64,000 nt of DNA, taken from Candidatus Eiseniibacteriota bacterium (GTDB taxonomy: Bacteria; Eisenbacteria; RBG-16-71-46). The translations under genes were made by a program, and so were the position numbers. The stretch is from NCBI GenBank assembly GCA_963717935.1, contig CAVQXP010000002.1:397539-461538 (forward strand), written 5' to 3'. How positions within the stretch are numbered: the first letter of the stretch is position 1; every line of letters starts with the position of its first letter. This document shows, piece after piece, positions 43,601-50,892 of this stretch. The notes beneath the pieces are model-generated. The model had not been told where the DNA came from. It ran no database searches and saw only the letters and a list, made by a program, of their open reading frames with translations.

Positions 43601-44418
43601 ACGTGGGTGCGACGCAGACCGTCTCGTGGCTGGGCGCGGAGCCGGCCGACCTGTGGCTGTCGACCGACAACGGCGGCACGTACGGGCTGCTGCGCAGTGA
43701 GGTGGGCGGCTCGGAGAGCAACGCCCTGGCGCTGCTGGTCCCGCACCAGCCGACCCGCTTCGCCCGCATCCGTCTGACGCCGCACGACGGCGGCGTGAAG
43801 GGGGTGGGTGAGTCGGATTCGTCGTTCACCATCCAGTCGAGCGTCGAACTGCTGTCGCTGGTGGCGACGCTGGAGCCCGCGGGCGGGGCCACGCTGGCCT
43901 GGTCGAGCGAGCCCGCGGTGGGGCCCGGGGGGCTGGCCGGCTACCGGGTCTATCGGCTGGCGGACGGCGAGACGGGCAGTGGCACACGCGTCGGCGAGGA
44001 GCTGATCGTGACGACGACCTATCACGACGCGGGCGGCGCCGCGGGCAGTACGTACCGGCTGATCGCGGTGAACGGGCTGGCGGAGGAGCTGGAGCTGGGC
44101 CGGGTCACGGTGGCCGGCATGGTGACAGGGCTGCAGGCGTGGCCGTCGCCACTGCCGGCAGGCGGCGAGCTGCAGGTCCGCTTCGGGGTGCCGCTGGCGG
44201 CTCCGGGCTATCCGGCGACGGATCTGGATGTGGGGCTGTTCGACCTGGCGGGCCGTCGTGTGGCGACGCTGGCGCGCGGCCTGCAGGTGACGAGCACGGG
44301 GGTGGCGAGCCTGCGCTGGAACCCGCGGGGCTCGGCGGGCCCGGGCATCTACTTCCTGCGGGTGACGGCGCCGAGCGTGAACTTCAAACTCGAGAGGAAA
44401 GTGGTGGTGATCCCATGA
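40615..44418 (+). CDS. FG-GAP (integrin-alpha-like) double beta-propeller protein with CTD, copy 1
   Basis: 14 repeats FG.SVAGAGDVNGDGYGDVIVGA..ND..AGRAYVY in two blocks of 7, each followed by a PNGGExW Ig-like module; CTD FDLAGR..GIYFLRV; SD GGAGG. Confidence 0.93.
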   Translation: MLPTGPFRLAFCPALVVLLLVLTSLSPPHAHAISIHTLFTPTGAAAYDQFGLSVAGAGDVNGDGYDDVIVGALYNDAGGTYAGRAYVYFGGPGADAVADLTLAGAAGDDYFGHSVAGAGDVNGDGYGDVIVGAHGNDAGGTNAGRAYVYFGGPGADASADLILTGAAAGDNFGYSVAGAGDVNGDGYGDVIVGALYNDAGESDAGRAYVYYGGPGADAVADLTLTGAAASDYLGTSVAGAGDVNGDGYGDVIVGASSDDAGGADAGRAYVYYGGPGADAVADLTLTGAAVGDYFGYSVAGAGDVNGDGYGDVIAGALYNDAGGANAGRAYVYYGGPGADAVADLTLTGATGDYLGHSVAGAGDVNGDGYGDVIVGAPFNDAGGGDAGRAYVHFGGPGADAVADLTLTGAAASDYFGRSVAGAGDVNGDGYGDVIVGANGNDAGGTDAGRAYVATAYPYNVLSPNGGEQWVAGTTATVRWLGPDVADIAVSMDGGASYSTLASGVGGATENEFPITVPGIATEFGKVRLSQTGLTVERLTSDASDGVFRIVLPHAPPAAASALACTPTGAAASDNFGNSVAGAGDVNGDGYGDVIIGANNNDAGGTNAGRAYVYFGGPGADAAADLTLTGVAAYDYFGYSVAGAGDVDGDGFGDVLVGAYSNDAGAMDAGQAYVYLGGPGADAVADLTLTGAATGDQFGRSVAGAGDVNGDGYGDVIVGAERDAAGGMYAGRAYVYYGGPGADASADLTLTGAATGDNFGTSVAGAGDVNGDGYDDVIVGACYNDAGGTDAGRAYVYFGGPGADAVADLTLTGAAALDYFGNSVAGAGDVNGDGYDDVIVGAYHNGASGTEAGRAYVYFGGPGADAVADLTLTGAAVGDMFGRSVAGAGDVNGDGYGDVIVGAYHNSASGMYAGRAYVYFGGPGADAVADLIVTGAAALDYFGCSVAGAGDITGDGFGDVIVGAYGNDAGGSSAGRAYVYDCNRYFVTTPNGGETWNVGATQTVSWLGAEPADLWLSTDNGGTYGLLRSEVGGSESNALALLVPHQPTRFARIRLTPHDGGVKGVGESDSSFTIQSSVELLSLVATLEPAGGATLAWSSEPAVGPGGLAGYRVYRLADGETGSGTRVGEELIVTTTYHDAGGAAGSTYRLIAVNGLAEELELGRVTVAGMVTGLQAWPSPLPAGGELQVRFGVPLAAPGYPATDLDVGLFDLAGRRVATLARGLQVTSTGVASLRWNPRGSAGPGIYFLRVTAPSVNFKLERKVVVIP

Positions 44419-47400
44419 AGACCAGCACGGGTGCATTCCGTACGACCGCATGGCTTGGCCTGATGGGTCTGTGTCTCGTGCTTGCCTCTCTGGCTCCGGG
44501 ATCCGCCCACGCCATCTCGAGCCGCACACTCTTTACGCCGACCGGCGCCGCCGCGCTCGACTACCTGGGCTACTCGGTCGCCGGGGCGGGGGACGTCAAC
44601 GGTGATGGCTACGGCGATGTCATCGTCGGGGCCTATGCCAACGACGCGGGCGGGGCGAGCGCCGGCCGTGCGTACGTGTACTACGGGGGCCCGGGCGTGG
44701 ACGCCAGCGCCGACCTCATCCTGACCGGCGCGGTCGCGGGCGACAACTTCGGCTTCTCGGTCGCTGGGGCGGGCGACGTCAACGGGGATGGCTACGGCGA
44801 TGTCATCGTCGGGGCCCTCTACAACGACGCGGGCGGGTCGAGCGCCGGCCGGGCCTACGTCTACTTCGGGGGCCCGGGCGTGGACGCCAGCGCCGACCTC
44901 ATCCTGACCGGCGCGGCCGCGGGCGACGGCTTCGGCATCTCGGTGGCCGGGGCGGGGGACGTCAACGGGGATGGCTACGGCGATGTCATCGTCGGGGCCT
45001 ATGCCAACGACGCGGGCGGGGTGGATGCCGGCCGTGCGTACGTGTACTTCGGGGGCCCGGGCGCGGACGCCGTCGCCGACCTCACCCTGACCGGTGCGAC
45101 CGCGTCCGACTACTTCGGCATCTCGGTGGCCGGGGCGGGGGACGTCAACGGGGACGGCTACGGCGATGTCATCGTCGGGGCTAGAGGCAACGACGCGGGC
45201 GGGACGGACGCCGGCCGCGCCTACGTGTACTTCGGGGGCCCGGGCGCGGACGCCGTCGCCGACCTCACCCTGACCGGCGCCGCCACGGGCGACTTCTTCG
45301 GCCACTCGGTTGCCGGGGCGGGGGACGTCAACGGGGATGGCTACGGCGATGTGATTGTCGGGGCCTACTACAACGATGCGGGTGGGACGAACGCCGGCCG
45401 TGCGTACGTGTACTACGGGGGACCGGGTGCGGACGCCGTCGCCGACCTCACCCTGACCGGCGCCGCCGCGGGCGACGAGTTCGGCACCTCGGTCGCCGGG
45501 GCGGGGGACGTCAACGGGGACGGCTACGGCGATGTCATCGTCGGGGCCAGAGGCAACGACGCGGGCGGGACGGACGCCGGCCGCGCCTACGTGTACTTCG
45601 GGGGCCCGGGCGCGGACGCCATCGCCGACCTCACCCTGACCGGCGCCGCCGCGTACGACGACTTCGGCCACTCGGTCGCGGGGGCGGGGGACGTCAACGG
45701 GGATGGCTACGGTGATGTCATCGTCGGTGCTAGCGGCAACAACGCGGGCGGGACGGACGCCGGCCGGGCGTACGTGACGGCGATCTATACGTACATGGTG
45801 CTGTCGCCGAACGGTGGTGAGCAGTGGGTGGCGGGCGCGACGGCGACGGTGCACTGGCTGGGACACGACGTAGCGGACATCGCCGTCTCGACCAACGGCG
45901 GGGCGAGCTACAGCACGCTGGTGAGCGGCGTGGGCGGTGACGAGCAGAACGAATTCCCGATCATCGTGCCGGGGCCGGCCACGGACCTGGCGCGGGTCCG
46001 ACTGAGCCGGACGGGGCTGACGGTGCAGCGCTCGACCTCCGACGCCAGCGACGGGGTGTTCCGGATCGTGCTGCCGCACGCTCCACCGGCGGTGGCGAGT
46101 GCGCTGGCCTGCACGCCGACCGGCACCGCCGCGGGCGACTACTTCGGCCGCTCGGTCGCCGGGGCGGGGGACGTCAACGGGGATGGCTACGGTGATGTCA
46201 TCGTCGGGGCCCACCACAACGACGCGGGCGGGACGGACGCCGGCCGTGCGTACGTGTACTACGGGGGCCCGGGCGCGGACGCCATCGCCGACCTGACCCT
46301 GACCGGCGCGGACGCGAGCGACTACTTCGGGTGGTCGGTCGCCGGAGCGGGCGATGTCAACGGGGATGGCTATGGCGACGTGATCGTCGGGGCCTACGGG
46401 AACGACAAGGACGGGGTGGACGCCGGCCGGGCGTACGTGTACTACGGGGGCCCGGGCGCGGACGCCGTCGCCGACCTCACCCTGACCGGCGCGGCCGCGG
46501 GCGACGGTTTCGGCTACTCGGTCGCCGGGGCGGGCGACGTCAACGGGGATGGCTACGGCGATGTCATCGTCGGGGCCTATGGCAACGACGCGGGCGGGGC
46601 GGAGGCCGGGCGGGCGTACGTGTACTACGGGGGCCCGGGCGCCGACGCCGTGGCCGACCTCACCCTGACCGGCGCCACCGCGGGCGACTTGTTCGGCAGT
46701 TCGGTCGCCGGGGCTGGCGATGTCAACGGGGATGGCTATGGCGATGTCATCGTCGGGGCCTACAGCAACGACGCGGGCGGGACGAACGTCGGCCGGGCCT
46801 ATGTGTACTTCGGGGGACCGGGTGCCGACGCCAGCGCCGACCTCACCCTGGCGGGTGCGGCCGCGGGCGACGACTTCGGCAACTCGGTCGCCGGGGCGGG
46901 CGACGTTAACGGGGATGGCTATGGCGATGTCATCGCCGGGGCCTACAGCAACGACGCGGGCGGGACGAACGCCGGCCGGGCCTATGTGTACTTCGGGGGC
47001 CCGGGTGCGGACGCCGTTGCCGACCTCACCCTGACCGGTGCGGCCGCGTACGACTACTTCGGCCGCTCGGTCGCCGGGGCGGGGGACGTCAACGGGGATG
47101 GCTACGGCGATGTCGTCGTCGGGGCGAACGGCAACGACGCGGGCGGGATGGGCGCCGGCCGGGCGTACGTCTATTTCGGGGGACCGGGCGCGGACGCCGT
47201 CGCCGACCTCACCCTGACCGGTGCCTTGGGCGACTCGTTCGGCTACTCGGTCACCGGGGCGGGGGACGTCAACGGGGATGGCTACGGCGATGTCATCGTC
47301 GGCGCCTATCTCAACGACGCGGCCGGGACGGACGCCGGCCGGGCGTACGTCTACGACTGCAACCGCTACTTCGTGACCACGCCCAACGGCGGCGAGACCT

Positions 47401-48218
47401 GGAACGTCGGTGCCACGCAGACCGTGTCGTGGCTGGGCGCGGAGCCAGCCGACCTGTGGCTGTCGGTGGACGGGGGGCGCACGTACGACCTGCTCGAGAG
47501 CACCGTGGGCGGCAAGGAGTCGAACGCATTCTCCATGCGTGTGCCGCATGCGCCGACGCGGTTCGCGCGGGTGAAGGTGACGCCGCACGACCAGGCGATC
47601 CCGGGCAGCGACAAGAGCGACTCGCTCTTCACGATCCAGTCGAGCGTCGAACTGCTGTCGCTGGTGGCGGCGCTGGCGCCCGAGGGCGGGACGACGCTGG
47701 CGTGGTCGAGCGAGCCCGCGGTGGGGCCCGACGGGCTGGCCGGCTACCGGCTCTACCGGCTGGCGGACGGCGAGACGGGCAGTGGCACGCGCGTCGGCGA
47801 GGAGCTGATCGTGACGACGACCTATCACGACGCGGGCGGCGCCGCGGGCAGCACCTACCGTCTGATCGCGGTGAACGGGCTGGCGGAGGAGCTGGAGCTG
47901 GGCCGGGTCACGGTGGCCGGCATGGTGACAGGGCTGCAGGCGTGGCCGTCGCCGCTGCCGGCGGGCGGCGAGCTGCAGGTCCGCTTCGCAGTGCCGGCGG
48001 CGGCGGGCTTCCCGGCGACGGACCTGGATGTGGGGCTGTTCGACCTGGCGGGTCGTCGTGTGGCGACGCTGGCGCACGGACCGCGGGCCTCGAGCAGCGG
48101 CGTGGTGAGTCTGCGCTGGAGCCCGCGGGGGTCGGTCGGGGCGGGCATCTACTTCCTGCGGGTCCTGGCGCCAAGTGCGAACGTCAGACTCCAGAAGAGG
48201 GTGGTGGTGATCCGATGA
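44415..48218 (+). CDS. FG-GAP double beta-propeller protein with CTD, copy 2 (tandem paralogue)
   Basis: Same 7+7 architecture and same length (3804 nt); ATGA overlap with copy 1. Confidence 0.93.
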   Translation: MKTSTGAFRTTAWLGLMGLCLVLASLAPGSAHAISSRTLFTPTGAAALDYLGYSVAGAGDVNGDGYGDVIVGAYANDAGGASAGRAYVYYGGPGVDASADLILTGAVAGDNFGFSVAGAGDVNGDGYGDVIVGALYNDAGGSSAGRAYVYFGGPGVDASADLILTGAAAGDGFGISVAGAGDVNGDGYGDVIVGAYANDAGGVDAGRAYVYFGGPGADAVADLTLTGATASDYFGISVAGAGDVNGDGYGDVIVGARGNDAGGTDAGRAYVYFGGPGADAVADLTLTGAATGDFFGHSVAGAGDVNGDGYGDVIVGAYYNDAGGTNAGRAYVYYGGPGADAVADLTLTGAAAGDEFGTSVAGAGDVNGDGYGDVIVGARGNDAGGTDAGRAYVYFGGPGADAIADLTLTGAAAYDDFGHSVAGAGDVNGDGYGDVIVGASGNNAGGTDAGRAYVTAIYTYMVLSPNGGEQWVAGATATVHWLGHDVADIAVSTNGGASYSTLVSGVGGDEQNEFPIIVPGPATDLARVRLSRTGLTVQRSTSDASDGVFRIVLPHAPPAVASALACTPTGTAAGDYFGRSVAGAGDVNGDGYGDVIVGAHHNDAGGTDAGRAYVYYGGPGADAIADLTLTGADASDYFGWSVAGAGDVNGDGYGDVIVGAYGNDKDGVDAGRAYVYYGGPGADAVADLTLTGAAAGDGFGYSVAGAGDVNGDGYGDVIVGAYGNDAGGAEAGRAYVYYGGPGADAVADLTLTGATAGDLFGSSVAGAGDVNGDGYGDVIVGAYSNDAGGTNVGRAYVYFGGPGADASADLTLAGAAAGDDFGNSVAGAGDVNGDGYGDVIAGAYSNDAGGTNAGRAYVYFGGPGADAVADLTLTGAAAYDYFGRSVAGAGDVNGDGYGDVVVGANGNDAGGMGAGRAYVYFGGPGADAVADLTLTGALGDSFGYSVTGAGDVNGDGYGDVIVGAYLNDAAGTDAGRAYVYDCNRYFVTTPNGGETWNVGATQTVSWLGAEPADLWLSVDGGRTYDLLESTVGGKESNAFSMRVPHAPTRFARVKVTPHDQAIPGSDKSDSLFTIQSSVELLSLVAALAPEGGTTLAWSSEPAVGPDGLAGYRLYRLADGETGSGTRVGEELIVTTTYHDAGGAAGSTYRLIAVNGLAEELELGRVTVAGMVTGLQAWPSPLPAGGELQVRFAVPAAAGFPATDLDVGLFDLAGRRVATLAHGPRASSSGVVSLRWSPRGSVGAGIYFLRVLAPSANVRLQKRVVVIR

Positions 48219-49316
48219 AGCGCCTGGCGGGGATCCTGTTCGGCTGCGCGCTGGCCGGCCTGCTGCTCGCCGGCCCCGCGCGAGCCGTGACGCTGTTCGG
48301 CCTGCTCGACACGGGTGAACTGTACGCGAGCGCCGACGGCGGGGTGACGTGGAGCATCCGCGCCACGCTGCCGGTGCGCGACGCGGTGGCTCTGGTCGCG
48401 CGCGAGTCCAGCACGGAGCTGCTGCTCGCCTCGGCAGAGCGGCTCGATCTATGCGTCGGGCGATGCGGGGGCGAGCTGGGTTGCGGTCGCGGCCGTGCCG
48501 GCCTCGGACGTGGCGGCGCTCGGTGGCGCGCCCGGCCTCTGCCTGCTGCTGACCGAAAGCGGGAGCGTGTATCGGTCCACCGACACCGGAGTGACCTGGG
48601 TGGGGGTGGGCGCGATCACGGCCTCCGACCTGACGAGCGTCGCGCGGCTGAACGGCGCGTGGTACGCGCTGGCGCGCACGGGTGGTGTCTACCGCTCGCA
48701 GGACGACGGGGCGACCTGGACGGCGGTGGCCGCCATCACCACGTCGGAGGCGGTCGAGCTGGTGGCGTACGTTGGGAGGCTGTACGCCATCAGTGCGAGC
48801 GGTGACGCGTACGAGAGCCAGGACGCCGGCGTGAGCTTCGCGGCGGTGGGCACGCTGTCGCACGTGGGGACGAGCGCGCTGGCGGCCAGCGAGGGGGAGT
48901 TGGTGGCGGGGCTGGAGACCGGGGAGACGGCGGCGAGCAGCGGCGCGACGAGCTGGACCTGGCGCGGGACGATCAACCAGCTGAGGCTGCGCGCGCTGGC
49001 GACGGACATCCCCACGACGACCGGCGTGGCGATGCCCGGGGAGGTGGTGCTGGCGTTGCGGACGCCGTACCCGAACCCGGCGACGAGCGCGGTGCGGCTG
49101 GCGCTGGACCTGGCGCGGGAGAGCGTCGTGACGCTGAGCGTGCACGACGTCGCGGGTCGCGAGGTGGCGCGGCCGATCGCGGGTGAGCTGCTGGCGGCCG
49201 GGAGGGTGACGCGGTTGTGGCGACCGGAGGGGCTGCGGCCGGGCGTGTACGTGGTGCGCGCGACCGCGGACGGCGCGGCTCTCACGCGCCGGCTGGTCTG
49301 GCTGGGCGGGCGGTAG
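48215..49316 (+). CDS. Secreted BNR/Asp-box-like repeat protein with CTD (frameshift ~48440)
   Basis: Signal peptide; repeated Y.S.D.G.TW; CTD PYPNP..HDVAGR..PGVY..RRLV. Confidence 0.82.
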
Positions 49317-49422
49317 TTCCACACGGGTGAAGTGATGGCCCGGTCCCGCGTGGGGCCGGGCCGAACACCTGGACGCGGGCGTTGCCGTGGCCCAATCGGC
49401 GGGCCCGCCCGTGTGCGCCTGC

Positions 49423-50379
49423 CTAACGAGCCGTCCCCGCCATGGGGTGGAAGTCGCCGGTCAGTCCGACGGCGTGCGAGGTCCGGATGCGATGCGCCAT
49501 CTCGATCGCCGGGCGCGCGTCGCGGATGCCGAAGCCCCGGCCCGCCAGCAGCTCGCGGTAGCAGGCGGTGTGCAGGTCGGCGAACCCCTCGGAGAACTCG
49601 ACCGCCTTACCGTCCAGGGTGAGGGCGCGGAAGGTGGTCTTGCCCGCGGCCGCGGCCGGCAGGTCGGCCCGGTCGAGAGACAGGAACCAGCGCACGCGCG
49701 CCCGCTCCAGTTCCAGGAAGCCCGCCATCTTGTCGGGCTTCGCCAGGTGGACCCGCTGATCGCGCAGTGGCCCGAAGATCCAGGCGAGCATGTCGAAGAA
49801 GTGGATGCCGATGTTGGTGCCGATGCCGCCGGAGCGGCTCTCGTCGCCCTTCCACGAGACGAAGTACCACGGGCCCCGCGACGTGATGTAGGTGAGGTCG
49901 AGGTCGTGGATGCGGTCGGCCGGCTCCGCCGCGATGCGCCGGCGCAGGTCCGCGATCGCGGGGTGCAGGCGAAGCTGCAGCAACGCATGGACGCGCCGCT
50001 CGTACTCCGTCTCCAGCTCCTCGAGCGCATCGAGGTTCCAGGGGTTGAGCACCAGGGGCTTCTCGCAGAGCACGTCGGCATGGATGCGCAGCGCGAAGCG
50101 GATGTGCGCGTCGTGCAGGTAGTTCGGGGAGCAGATCGAGACGACGTGGATGCGCTGCTCCGGCTCCATGCGACGCAGCTTCTCCGCGTGGCGGTCGAAG
50201 CGCTCGAAGTCGACGAAGAAGCGGGCCTGCGGGAAGTAGCGGTCGAGGATGCCCACGGAATCCGACGGGTCCAGGGCGGCGACCAGCCGCTGGCCGGTGT
50301 CGTGGATGGCCTGCAGGTGCCGCGGGGCGATGTAACCCGCCGCGCCGGTGAGCGCGAAGTTGCGAGGAGACGTGTCCAT
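49423..50379 (-). CDS. wbpB: Gfo/Idh/MocA oxidoreductase, WbpB/WlbA-like UDP-GlcNAcA 3-dehydrogenase
   Basis: FALTGAAGYIAPRHL, SICSPNYLH, CEKPLVLNP, LQLRLHP, TNIGIHFFDML, EFSEGFADLH. Confidence 0.85.
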   Translation of the reverse strand: MDTSPRNFALTGAAGYIAPRHLQAIHDTGQRLVAALDPSDSVGILDRYFPQARFFVDFERFDRHAEKLRRMEPEQRIHVVSICSPNYLHDAHIRFALRIHADVLCEKPLVLNPWNLDALEELETEYERRVHALLQLRLHPAIADLRRRIAAEPADRIHDLDLTYITSRGPWYFVSWKGDESRSGGIGTNIGIHFFDMLAWIFGPLRDQRVHLAKPDKMAGFLELERARVRWFLSLDRADLPAAAAGKTTFRALTLDGKAVEFSEGFADLHTACYRELLAGRGFGIRDARPAIEMAHRIRTSHAVGLTGDFHPMAGTAR

Positions 50380-50892
50380 GGATCCTCTCTGCGGCTGCAC
50401 GTGAGCCCGACCGGCGGCTCGGGGGCATCGGGACGAAACCGGGCCGCAATCCTACCTCATCGGGCGCCCGGCATCCCGCGCGCGGGCGCGGCCCCGTGCG
50501 GAGCGCCGCGACCTCTTCGACCTGCACGATGGCGGTGCCGCAGGAGGCGGCCGCCCCGCAGATCGGCTCGCGCCTGCGACGAGTCGCGAAGAGGGGGCGG
50601 TGGTGGCGTCCGCAGGTAGCCTAGGTCGGAACTCCTGACCCGCAGCGTGGATGGCCCAGTCCGCGGGATCGGTGCGGTGATCGGATCGCGCAGGTCCCAG
50701 GAAGAAGCTCAAAGAAACACTAGGCGAGGATACGAGCAGGTGCTAGCGTTCCGGGTACAAGGTATGCCCCGCTCGGCTTTCGGGCCTCGGGGACCCCGCT
50801 CCTTGACTTCGTTGGCCTCGTCGCATGCCCCTGCGTCGAGCCAGCCGCTCCCGTCGTGGGGCTTGCCCCTCCTGCGGCAGGAGTACGCGCAC

